A stretch of 64,000 bases of DNA from an uncultured Rhodothermales bacterium (lineage in GTDB: Bacteria > Bacteroidota > Rhodothermia > Rhodothermales > VXPQ01): NCBI GenBank assembly GCA_965651265.1, contig CBFGRV010000005.1, positions 7,708-71,707 on the forward strand, given 5' to 3'. Numbering within the stretch: position 1 is the stretch's first letter; each line of letters begins with the position of its first letter. Under the pieces are notes generated by a model, which ran no database searches, had not been told where the DNA came from, and saw only the letters and a list, made by a program, of their open reading frames with translations. The translations under genes were made by a program, and so were the position numbers. Positions 1 through 8,390 of the stretch are shown one piece after another.

Positions 1-1
1 C

Positions 2-268
2 GTACCTCAAACGGGCCTCGAGAACTACGGAGGGCCCGTGGTTACGGCTGGAGGGCTCATCTTCATCGGCGCCACGAGAGACGAAATGTTTCGGGCTCTG
101 GACGCGAAGACGGGCGAAGTGCTCTGGGAGACGAAGCTCCCCGCCGGCGGGTACGCGACCCCCGCCACGTACGAGGTCAATGGGAAGCAGTACGTGGTGA
201 TCGCCGCCGGGGGAGGGAAGATGAACACGAAATCGGGAGACGCCTACGTGGCCTTCGCCCTGCCTTGA
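2..268 (+). CDS. PQQ-dependent (quinoprotein) glucose/sugar dehydrogenase, C-terminal fragment; gene continues upstream of the window
   Basis: The frame is open from the window edge (..[68 protein letters not shown]..). This tail is the typical last propeller blade of membrane quinoprotein glucose dehydrogenases. Confidence 0.75.
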   Translation, partial: VPQTGLENYGGPVVTAGGLIFIGATRDEMFRALDAKTGEVLWETKLPAGGYATPATYEVNGKQYVVIAAGGGKMNTKSGDAYVAFALP

Positions 269-389
269 GACAGATACATTAACGTCAAGGGCTGGTAACG
301 GAAAGACGACATCCTTGACAGGCATCGGCGCGTGGAGTTACCCTGATGACCCCTAACGCCCACGATCCTCCAGCCACCCCAGAGTTCAC

Positions 390-782
390 ATGCCGAGCCA
401 GTGGAAGCCTGACGGATACACCACCGTGTCACCCTACCTCGTCACCAGAAATGCGGCCGGAGTGATCGAATTCCTCCAAAACGTCCTGGACGCCGAGCCG
501 CTTCGCCGCTACGCCGGGCCGGACGGCACGATCATGCACGCTGAAGTTCGGATCGACGATTCTGTTGTGATGATGGGCGATGCGGGCGCAGATTGGCCAG
601 CCATGCCGTGTCACCTGCACGTGTACGTTCCAGATGTGGATCGAACCTACGCCCGCGCGCTCGAGTACGGCGCCGAAGCGGTGCAGGAGCCTACCCGCCG
701 CGAAGGCGACCCCGATCGTCGTGGCGGCGTGAAGGATCCAGGCGGGAATACGTGGTGGTTCTCTACGCAACAGGAAGGCTGA
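390..782 (+). CDS. VOC/glyoxalase-bleomycin resistance family protein (PhnB-like)
   Basis: 130 aa. The pattern YLVTRNAAGVIEFLQNVLDAEP..MHAEVRIDDSVVMMGDAG..GGVKDPGGNTWWF is typical of single-domain VOC proteins. Confidence 0.75.
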   Translation: MPSQWKPDGYTTVSPYLVTRNAAGVIEFLQNVLDAEPLRRYAGPDGTIMHAEVRIDDSVVMMGDAGADWPAMPCHLHVYVPDVDRTYARALEYGAEAVQEPTRREGDPDRRGGVKDPGGNTWWFSTQQEG

Positions 783-783
783 C

Positions 784-1524
784 GTGAAAACGCGAGTCGA
801 ACGGCGGGCGACGGGCGATGGCGGAACGGCGCGAGAAAAGTCGAGGCGTGCCCGACAGATGTCGACGGCGTTCTTGATGGCTTGCCTTCTGGGACACATC
901 GGTGCGAACCTATCCCAGGCCCAGGTCGGCAAGCTGTATCCCGTCGATGAGGCGTACGAAGACTCCACGTTTATCGCGTTCCGCCTGCATCTGCTCGAAG
1001 CCATAGCGGCGCGAGATACGAGCTTCCTGTTCGCTCACGTGGACAAGGGAATACGAACGAGCTTCGGAGCAGGAGGAGGTCTGGCGGATTTCAAGGAGCG
1101 GTGGCGGCCCTCATCTCCGAAATCCGACCTCTGGCGAACTCTGGGTAGAATCGTCGGTGGCGGCGGAATTTACCGCGACGGAATGTTCCAGGCGCCTTAC
1201 TACTACGCGGCCTTTCCAGGCGAAGAGCACGACCCCTTTCAGCACGGCGTCGTCATTGGACAAAACGTGAACGTACGCTCACGACCGGACATCACCAGCC
1301 CGGTGCTTACCCGGCTGAGCTACGACATTGTCCGCGTGGAGAGCTACCCGACGCAGAGCGATCGAGCCATCGCGTCCGCTGACGACTGGGTCCACGTGCG
1401 CCTGGCGGATGGTCGTGAGGGATACGTATCCAGCCGGTACATCGGGAATCCGGTCGGCTACCGGGCTATCTTCAACTATCACGACGGAAAGTGGCGGATG
1501 ACCGCCCTCGTAGCCGGTGACTGA
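784..1524 (+). CDS. SH3b-domain protein, probably exported (function unknown)
   Basis: C-terminal bacterial SH3-like segment NVNVRSRPDITSPVLTRLSYDIVRVES..DDWVHVRLADGREGYVSSRYI. GTG start at 784. An alternative ATG at 859 gives a signal-like N-terminus, MSTAFLMACLLGHIGANLSQAQ. Confidence 0.55.
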   Translation: MKTRVERRATGDGGTAREKSRRARQMSTAFLMACLLGHIGANLSQAQVGKLYPVDEAYEDSTFIAFRLHLLEAIAARDTSFLFAHVDKGIRTSFGAGGGLADFKERWRPSSPKSDLWRTLGRIVGGGGIYRDGMFQAPYYYAAFPGEEHDPFQHGVVIGQNVNVRSRPDITSPVLTRLSYDIVRVESYPTQSDRAIASADDWVHVRLADGREGYVSSRYIGNPVGYRAIFNYHDGKWRMTALVAGD

Positions 1525-1527
1525 GCC

Positions 1528-2802
1528 TCAAATCTCGAAGTCGCTCTCGTCGAGCTCGATCCTCGAGTTGTTCATGATGGCCTCGTGAGCTTTTATGGTC
1601 ACGACCGCCGTATTGAATCCCTCCTGATAGCCGGCCGCCGGCGGGTAGGGCCCGAATGCGTGATTATCGAAGAACTCTCTCAGCGCGTAAAAGAGCGGAG
1701 TCTCCATATTCGGATCGTCTTCCGTCGGGTCGATGTTCTGCGCGTCAAGCTTCGTCGCGTCGGCCACGAGCGCGATGCCGGTCTCCTTATAGAAGTTGTC
1801 TTTCCTGGCGTAGACCTCCCAGCCCAGCATGGGGGCATCCACCTCCTTGAACATCCATGCCTTGTTGTCGCGGAACATGATGGTGCTGTCGCGCCCGTAG
1901 AACAGGTCGTACGCGCCGTCGAAGGAGCTCGTCAGGGTGGCGTCGTAGCTGAGGTGCACGCCGCTCGGGAAACCGAAAACGACCTGGATGGTGTCGGGCA
2001 TGTCGCGCCCGTCGTTCCAGAGCATGATCTGCCCGAAGCCGGTCACGCTCGACGGCCGCTCGTTGAGGAACCACATGGCCGGATCGAGCTGGTGCACGCC
2101 GACCTCGCCGATCAGTCCCGTCGATAGCTCCGGGTCCAAACGCCAGTTTTGCTCCATCTCGCGCTCACGATTGGGCGAAGTCCTCCGCCAGCTGGTCTTG
2201 GCGTGCCACTGCGCACGCGCCATAGTCGCTTTTCCGAGAGCGCCGCTACGGATGAATTGGAAGACCGAGCGATAGTTTGGATGTGATCGCGACAGGAGCC
2301 CAACTTGAAAGATTTGATCGGAGGCGTTCTGCGCGGCGACCGCCATCGCACGGGCATCCTCGATAGATGCGGCCATTGGGGCCTCTACGTACACGTGCTT
2401 GCCGGCCTCGAGGGCGTCTACGGCGATCTGGCGATGCACATGTGTGGGGGTCGCGATGATCACCGTCGAGATCTCGGGATCGTCTAACACGACGCGGTAG
2501 TCCGAGTGCCGTGCGGCCTCAGGCAGCGACCGTTCGGCGCGGGTCAACATCACGTCGTATGTGTCTACGATGGCGGAGATATTTGCCTCCTCGATGCGAA
2601 GCAGGGTGTCGGCAATCTCGCGTCCCCATTGGCCGTACCCAATGAGGGCAACGTTCACGGTCTGCTCAGCGGACCTTGCTGCGGCCTCCTCAGCGGCCGC
2701 AAAGCCGCCGAGAATGCTGCTCAGCGGAACCAGCGAGCTCTTCTTCAGAAAATGTCGGCGGCTGAGCACCCGAGGATCGGACATATTGTCTGGCGCAGTC
2801 AT
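1528..2802 (-). CDS. Gfo/Idh/MocA family oxidoreductase with twin-arginine (Tat) signal
   Basis: Tat motif SRRHFLKKSSL. Rossmann N-terminus VNVALIGYGQWG and EAPMA motif (HVYVEAPMA). Start placed at internal ATG 2802, directly abutting the apbE stop (2804); the longer ORF-track start would overlap apbE. Confidence 0.8.
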   Translation of the reverse strand: MTAPDNMSDPRVLSRRHFLKKSSLVPLSSILGGFAAAEEAAARSAEQTVNVALIGYGQWGREIADTLLRIEEANISAIVDTYDVMLTRAERSLPEAARHSDYRVVLDDPEISTVIIATPTHVHRQIAVDALEAGKHVYVEAPMAASIEDARAMAVAAQNASDQIFQVGLLSRSHPNYRSVFQFIRSGALGKATMARAQWHAKTSWRRTSPNREREMEQNWRLDPELSTGLIGEVGVHQLDPAMWFLNERPSSVTGFGQIMLWNDGRDMPDTIQVVFGFPSGVHLSYDATLTSSFDGAYDLFYGRDSTIMFRDNKAWMFKEVDAPMLGWEVYARKDNFYKETGIALVADATKLDAQNIDPTEDDPNMETPLFYALREFFDNHAFGPYPPAAGYQEGFNTAVVTIKAHEAIMNNSRIELDESDFEI

Positions 2803-2803
2803 G

Positions 2804-3826
2804 TTACTGGCTGGATGTGGATGGTGGCTGCACGAGGATCTGGCGTGCTGACTCCAGGGCCGTAAGTCCAAACTCAACGACTCTAAAAAAGGCTTTGTTC
2901 TGATCGGGCACGACGATGAGCGCGCGCATTCCTTCTTCCAATCCGAACGGCCAAATGCCAATCGGCTCCGAATCTTCGTGGATGTGCTCGTCTGACACGT
3001 CGGTACCGGCGGCTACGAGGAGCGCCGTGGAGATCGCATCGCTCTCCGTGGCGTTTGCGGCCGTGACGGCGGAGAGCACGGCTCCATGGACGGGTTCACC
3101 GCTTCTCGGATCCAGAACGTGTCCGTAGGTCCGGCCGCCGGCCTCGAACGACTTACCCCATACGGCCGAGACCGACAGGGATTCATCCCGGAGATCGACC
3201 AGCGCGAGAGGCTCGTCGCGCGCATCTGGGCGTGGTATGGCGACTTTCCACGCCTCCTCCTCCGGCGGCGACCCGAGGGCGTAGACCGTGCTTGTACCGC
3301 CGTGCAAGAGCGCCCGGTCGACGCCCGCCTCCCGAAGCAGTGCAACGGCTTCGTCGATGGCGTATCCCTTTCCAATTGCACCGAAATCGAGCATCACGCC
3401 TTCTCGAAGGAACCGCACGGATCGATCCGATTCCTGAAGATTCACCAGGTCCATCCCGGTGAGCGCTCGGGCATCCTCCAGCTGTTCCGGATCGGGCATG
3501 TGGCCCGTGTTCCGGAAAAATCCCCATGCCCGCATCAAGGGCGAGATGGTGAGATCGAACGTCCCGTTCGTCTGTCGATGCAGCCGCTTGGCCGTCCGTA
3601 GCAGGTCGAATAGTTCCGACGATACGCGAACGTCCTCGGATGCCGCGCGCGCATTGATGCGGCTTACATCGCTGGCGGCATCGTAGATGGTGAGGCGCGC
3701 CTCTATGCGTTCGATCTCGTCGAGCGCCGCCTCGCCGGCCGCGCGAAGCCTCACGGCGTCCTCCCCGTAGAGAATCAGCTCGAACCGGCACGCCATGGCC
3801 ATCCGAGCCAGCCGGACCGTGACCAT
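2804..3826 (-). CDS. apbE: FAD:protein FMN transferase (ApbE family)
   Basis: 340 aa. N-terminus MACRFELILYGED..AALDEIERIEARLTIYDAASDVSRIN and the later GAIGKGYAIDEA are ApbE hallmarks. No signal peptide or lipobox is visible. Confidence 0.85.
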   Translation of the reverse strand: MVTVRLARMAMACRFELILYGEDAVRLRAAGEAALDEIERIEARLTIYDAASDVSRINARAASEDVRVSSELFDLLRTAKRLHRQTNGTFDLTISPLMRAWGFFRNTGHMPDPEQLEDARALTGMDLVNLQESDRSVRFLREGVMLDFGAIGKGYAIDEAVALLREAGVDRALLHGGTSTVYALGSPPEEEAWKVAIPRPDARDEPLALVDLRDESLSVSAVWGKSFEAGGRTYGHVLDPRSGEPVHGAVLSAVTAANATESDAISTALLVAAGTDVSDEHIHEDSEPIGIWPFGLEEGMRALIVVPDQNKAFFRVVEFGLTALESARQILVQPPSTSSQ

Positions 3827-3931
3827 AGCTGTGCTGCGTTGCTGTTCGGATTTTGCCCCGAGCGATCGGTGCCGGCGGCTTCGAGGCGGCAGGGCGGCCG
3901 TGACGACCGCCCATCCCGAATCACCTGCCCG

Positions 3932-5284
3932 TTACGAAAGCTCGAGCGTTCCGTAGGTAATCGGCTGAATCTCGCGGCCGCTGCCCGTTGTGATCTTGCG
4001 GGTCTTCTCGTCGAAATACAGCATCTCGCCCAGGCGCTCCGACATCTCGGCCAGCGAGATGACGACCTGCGTCTTGATCGCTAGATCGATGTTGCCGTTC
4101 GGCTGCTTGTTCTCGCGAATGGACTCGAGCCAGTTCTGGACGTGAGCCGGCACGCTGACGCCCGGCTCGATGTTCTCATGCACTTCCTGGTCGACGAGAT
4201 CGGCGAAGGGCCGCTCCGGCCGCAGGTTCACGGTATTGCCGCCGAAGTACAGCGTGCCCTCATGCCCGCGAATCACCTGCTCGAGGCCCTGCTCGTTCAC
4301 CGTGCTTCCGATCACCATGATGGTGAGTCCGCTCGGGAATTCGGCCAGAACTTGTGTGTTATCCGGCACATCGCGATCCGGCGTGATCTTGCGCGTCCCG
4401 AGGCACGCCACACGTACGGGAAATTCGGGTGCACCGGTGGCCAGGAGGAGCGGATGGATGCGATGCGCCAGCAGGTCACCGAGAATTCCCGCGCAATAGG
4501 GGTAGTACTTGCGCCAACGGTGATATTCGTCGGCGCTGAAGGGGCGGTCGCTGACCGGGCCAAGCCAACGCTGCCAATCGATGTGCTGAGGATTCGCATC
4601 CGGATCGATCTCGTAGTTCCACTCGCCATCCGGGTTGTTGCGCATATACGAGTCCTGCGCGAGCACGAGAGGGCCGATCTTGCCCGCCTGAATCATCTCG
4701 GCCGCCTTGTGCCATTTACCTTCCGTGCAGTACTGCGAGCCAATCTGGAAGATGGCGCCGGTTTCCATGGCGGTGTCGTAGATATCGAACGCCTCCTCGA
4801 GATACCGCGTCATCGGCTTTTCGCAGTAGACGTGCTTGCCCGCATTCATGGCGTCGACGGCAACCTGCCGGTGCCAGTGGTCGACCGTTCCAATGAATAC
4901 GGCGTCGATATCGTTTCTATCGAGGAGCGCCCGGTAATCACGGTACCCATCCGCCGCGGTTACGCCAAGCTCGGCGACGGCCTGGTCCACCCGCTTGTCG
5001 AACACATCCGACGCAGCCACACCTTCGGCGTTGAACTCGTCGCCGTGCCGCACGATAGTACCCAGGTGCGCATTGAATCCCTGGCCGCCCACACCGATGA
5101 AGCCTACGCGGATTCTGTCATTTGCTCCGATCACTCCGATGGCGGGGCCGGTCTGCGTTACCTGCTCGGCTACCTTAGGAGAGCAGCCAGCCATCACGGC
5201 GGTTGCAGCCAGCGCACTCTTCTTCACGAACTCGCGGCGCGAGGTGCTCACGCCCTTGAAGGCCTTCTTTTTCTTCATGACCAT
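3932..5284 (-). CDS. Gfo/Idh/MocA family oxidoreductase with Tat signal, possibly a lipoprotein
   Basis: Start at internal ATG 5284 gives MVMKKKKAFKGVSTSRREFVKKSALAATAVMAGCS: a twin-arginine motif followed by a lipobox-like MAGC. Rossmann segment RVGFIGVGGQG and HVYCEKPM motif. Confidence 0.8.
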   Translation of the reverse strand: MVMKKKKAFKGVSTSRREFVKKSALAATAVMAGCSPKVAEQVTQTGPAIGVIGANDRIRVGFIGVGGQGFNAHLGTIVRHGDEFNAEGVAASDVFDKRVDQAVAELGVTAADGYRDYRALLDRNDIDAVFIGTVDHWHRQVAVDAMNAGKHVYCEKPMTRYLEEAFDIYDTAMETGAIFQIGSQYCTEGKWHKAAEMIQAGKIGPLVLAQDSYMRNNPDGEWNYEIDPDANPQHIDWQRWLGPVSDRPFSADEYHRWRKYYPYCAGILGDLLAHRIHPLLLATGAPEFPVRVACLGTRKITPDRDVPDNTQVLAEFPSGLTIMVIGSTVNEQGLEQVIRGHEGTLYFGGNTVNLRPERPFADLVDQEVHENIEPGVSVPAHVQNWLESIRENKQPNGNIDLAIKTQVVISLAEMSERLGEMLYFDEKTRKITTGSGREIQPITYGTLELS

Positions 5285-5538
5285 ATGCGGTGTATAGTGG
5301 GATTGAATGTTCTTGCGCAGGATTGATCTATGCTCATGGGAGGGGATATCTCGGCATCGGAGCACCCTCAAATATAAGGTAGACCGGAGGAAGAATGGGG
5401 ACGTTCCGGCGCTTGAGAACGCACTGAAAGCGCGTCCATCGGTCGGATAGGGTGGAAACACCATTTTTCATATACCGTTTCCCGTGAATCATTTTCAAGT
5501 GTATTCCGGTCCAAAACGAAGAGACTCTCAATCCAACC

Positions 5539-6135
5539 GTGCGAATCATGCGAATCAGTCTACGTCGCCTCGTTCACGCTGTCGTCGGGGTGGCCGTACT
5601 CGCGGTCTTCACTCCGCTGGCATCGCCGATCGCCGCGGCGCAGAGCTACACCCTGAAGGGCGATAGCAAATTGTGGGTGGACGGCACCTCGAACAAGAAC
5701 GATTGGACCGTTGAAGCTTCAGAGATCGATGCCACTGCCACCATCGACAATGCTACTCATGTCCCCAGCACCGTCCAATTGACGGTTCCCGCGGCCAAGT
5801 TGAAAGGCGGCCGGAGCACGATCATGGATCGATTGATGCGGGATGCCTTGAAAGTCGAAGAGCATCCAAACATCACCTACGAGCTGGTGGAGGTCACTTC
5901 GAATGACGGTTCGAAGCTGTCGACAAACGGAAATCTCACGCTGGCCGGCGTAACGCGACAGATTCAGATGGACGTCAACGTGGAGGAGACGTCAGAAGGA
6001 ATTCGCTATACTGGCAGCGTTCCGCTCAAAATGAGCGACTTTGAAATCCGGCCGCCCACGGCGATGTTCGGAGCGCTCCGCACGGGCGATGAAGTGACGG
6101 TGGGCTTCGACGTCGTATTCGTCCCACAGGGCTGA
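5539..6135 (+). CDS. YceI-like periplasmic (polyisoprenoid-binding family) protein
   Basis: Signal peptide followed by a YceI-like pattern (..HPNITYELVEV..GNLTLAGVTRQIQMDV..PLKMSDFEIRPP..). Start is GTG 5539 or ATG 5548, within a 9-nt tandem duplication GCGAATCAT/GCGAATCAG. Confidence 0.7.
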   Translation: MRIMRISLRRLVHAVVGVAVLAVFTPLASPIAAAQSYTLKGDSKLWVDGTSNKNDWTVEASEIDATATIDNATHVPSTVQLTVPAAKLKGGRSTIMDRLMRDALKVEEHPNITYELVEVTSNDGSKLSTNGNLTLAGVTRQIQMDVNVEETSEGIRYTGSVPLKMSDFEIRPPTAMFGALRTGDEVTVGFDVVFVPQG

Positions 6136-6146
6136 TTCCGGATCGG

Positions 6147-6851
6147 CTATGGATGCCGGCCCATCGGGGTCTTATCTGACACATCCGTGCCGGGCCCCGG
6201 GATGGATGCATCCATGAGGATGTCGGCGACGCCGCTTCCGACCAATTCCGCGACACGGCTTATCGCCAGATCGTAGTCATCGGCCGCGAGTAGTTCAGGG
6301 ATGCCGGCATCGATCAGGGCATACCACCGTTCCCGTCGCCTCTCAAATGACGGAAAGTGGGCCGACATTGGTGCTCTCAGACGGGCCATCCACTCGAGGA
6401 ATATGGCATACTCCGGGCCAAGCTCGGCCTCCAGCCGCTGGCGCAGTCTTACTGCCAGTGCGGGCGCTGCCCCGGACGTGGAGATGGCTACAGTCAGCTT
6501 CCCTCGCTGGAGGATGGATCCGGCCACGAACGTGCAGTGGGGGACGTCGTCCATGGCATTGATCAAGACCCTCTCGCGCTGAGCTTCCTCCCAGATCGGA
6601 CGGGTGCGCACGGGATCCACGTACGTGACAATCGCCAGGAAAGCGCCGCATAGGTCTCCCTCTTGATAGTCACGGCGATGCCACTCGACATCATATTTCG
6701 ACACGTCAAACTCTGGATCGGCGCCGACGAGAGAAACGGCTGCTTGGCAGGCCAGCAGGCCTTGAATCTTGCGTTCCGCTTCGAGTCCGCTTCCGATGAC
6801 GACACATCGTCGGCCGCCCAGATCATTCAGAAAGATGGGGTAAACCTGCAT
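6147..6851 (-). CDS. Siroheme synthase N-terminal-domain protein (precorrin-2 dehydrogenase / sirohydrochlorin ferrochelatase, SirC/Met8/CysG-N type)
   Basis: MQVYPIFLNDLGGRRCVVIGSGLEAERKIQGLL.. aligns with the CysG N-domain (PIF..L..R.CLVVGGG.VA.RK). Contains ISTSGAAPALA. Start taken at ATG 6851, just after the cysH stop. Confidence 0.75.
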   Translation of the reverse strand: MQVYPIFLNDLGGRRCVVIGSGLEAERKIQGLLACQAAVSLVGADPEFDVSKYDVEWHRRDYQEGDLCGAFLAIVTYVDPVRTRPIWEEAQRERVLINAMDDVPHCTFVAGSILQRGKLTVAISTSGAAPALAVRLRQRLEAELGPEYAIFLEWMARLRAPMSAHFPSFERRRERWYALIDAGIPELLAADDYDLAISRVAELVGSGVADILMDASIPGPGTDVSDKTPMGRHP

Positions 6852-6855
6852 CTCG

Positions 6856-7590
6856 CTAGCTGTCGGCGTTGGGCGGCGCCGGCGCGTCGGCGCGGGCGCT
6901 GCTCGATACGTGAATACCACACTCCAATTTGACGTGCTCAGGCCATCGCCCGGCTCTTTGATCCTCGTGATCGTCCACGGCTCTTGTGCACGGAATGCAG
7001 CCGACGCTCGGGTAGCCTCGGTCGTGAAGGGAGTTGTAGGGAAGATCGTAGAGGTTGATGTAGCGCCAGACGTCGTCGCCCGACCAGTCTACGAGGGGAT
7101 TGATCTTGAGCAGACCGTTTCCATCGTCCCACTCGACGAGACGCGCCATAGCGCGAGTGGGTGATTGATCGCGACGGATGCCTGTGATCCAGGCCGAACG
7201 ATCGCGCAGAAAGCGCCGAAGCGGCTGCACCTTGCGCAAGAAGCAGCATCGATCCGGATCCGTTCGCCAGAGCCGATCCCCCTCACGCCGGGCCTGTTCA
7301 GGAAGGGAGATCCCGGAATGGACGCGGATGAAGCGAACGCCCAGGCGTTTTGCAAGCCGCCTCTTCACCTCATGAGTTTGTGGAAAGAGCAGGTCCGTAT
7401 CCAGGTAGAAGACCTCGGGATCGCAAACGACGCGTGAAAGCATGTGCATGAGCACGACCCCCGACGGGCCAAAGCCGGTTGCGAGGGCGACTTCCCGGCC
7501 GAACGAACTATACGCCCATTCGAGGAGATCCTCCGGGTAGCGGGTGGCGAATCGTTGGTTAAGAGCTGCGATGTCGGAGGAATTCATCAC
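6856..7590 (-). CDS. cysH: Adenylylsulfate (APS)/PAPS reductase, thioredoxin-dependent, Fe-S (APS) type
   Basis: PAPS_reduct fold with C-terminal ECGIH. The additional Cys motifs CCFLRKVQPL and GCIPCT are characteristic of [4Fe-4S] APS reductases. ATGA overlap with the cobA stop. Confidence 0.85.
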   Translation of the reverse strand: MMNSSDIAALNQRFATRYPEDLLEWAYSSFGREVALATGFGPSGVVLMHMLSRVVCDPEVFYLDTDLLFPQTHEVKRRLAKRLGVRFIRVHSGISLPEQARREGDRLWRTDPDRCCFLRKVQPLRRFLRDRSAWITGIRRDQSPTRAMARLVEWDDGNGLLKINPLVDWSGDDVWRYINLYDLPYNSLHDRGYPSVGCIPCTRAVDDHEDQRAGRWPEHVKLECGIHVSSSARADAPAPPNADS

Positions 7591-8390
7591 GTCGACCTCA
7601 CCACAATGGATCTCAAGAGCGCGGGTCCGTGAAGCGCGGAAGCGGGCTCGTCTTGCGGCCGGATTCGATCTCGCAATGCCACGACGTCGCCGATCACGAT
7701 CGTGGCGGGCGGAGCGAGATTCCTGGCGCGTTCACTGATGTCGGACAGCGTCCCGAAGACGGCCACCTGCCTGTTTGTCGTGCCGGAGGCGATTACCGCC
7801 ACCGGCGTCTTTGAAGGGCGCCCGGCCTGAATCAGGCTATGGGCGACCTCAGCCAGGCGTTGAAGTCCCATCAGGACCACGATCGTGCCGATGGAGGCCA
7901 GCGCTTTCCAGTCCGGCTCATCGTTCTCATAGGCCGTACGACCGGTTACCACGGCGAACCCGGTCGAGACCTGACGATGGGTCAGCGGAATTCCCACGCC
8001 GCCCGGAACGGCGACCGCGCTTGTGATGCCTGGTACGACCTCGCAGCGGATGCCGGCGGCCGCGAGAGCCAGACACTCCTCGCCGCCTCTTCCGAAGACG
8101 AACGGATCGCCGCCCTTGAGTCGAACGACGATTCGGCCGCGTCGCGCGTGCTCGATCAAAAGCCCGTTGATATCCTCCTGCCGGTAGCTGTGGCCCTCGG
8201 GCGATTTGCCCGCGAATATCCGGGCGGCATCCGGCCGAACGTAGTCGAGCAGGTCGGGGTGTACAAGGCGATCGTACACTACGGTGTCGGCCAGGCGCAG
8301 CAACTTCAGCCCCTTCACGGTGATGAGCTCCGGATCGCCGGGACCCGCCCCCACGAGGTAGACGACGGCGGATTCAGGCCGGCTGGGCAT
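7587..8390 (-). CDS. cobA: Uroporphyrinogen-III C-methyltransferase (SUMT)
   Basis: VYLVGAGPGDPELITVKGLKLLRLADTVVYDRLV, RLKGGDPFVFGRGGEE and VVPGITSA. Start chosen at ATG 8390 (MPSRPESAVVYLVGAGPGD); the ORF-track start at 8432 would overlap cysI by 59 nt. Confidence 0.85.
   Translation of the reverse strand: MPSRPESAVVYLVGAGPGDPELITVKGLKLLRLADTVVYDRLVHPDLLDYVRPDAARIFAGKSPEGHSYRQEDINGLLIEHARRGRIVVRLKGGDPFVFGRGGEECLALAAAGIRCEVVPGITSAVAVPGGVGIPLTHRQVSTGFAVVTGRTAYENDEPDWKALASIGTIVVLMGLQRLAEVAHSLIQAGRPSKTPVAVIASGTTNRQVAVFGTLSDISERARNLAPPATIVIGDVVALRDRIRPQDEPASALHGPALLRSIVVRST

Noticed and set aside
4142-5326. 394-aa plus-strand ORF opposite the Gfo/Idh/MocA gene
   Set aside because: Same reasoning: it is antisense to a well-supported gene and has no motifs. 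Other long shadow ORFs were judged the same way: 18639-19478 (+), 21533-22663 (+), 36600-37448 (+), 39884-40738 (-), 44057-45235 (-), 45595-46410 (-), 46966-47766 (-), 48153-49007 (-), 54690-55523 (-) and 59238-59906 (-).
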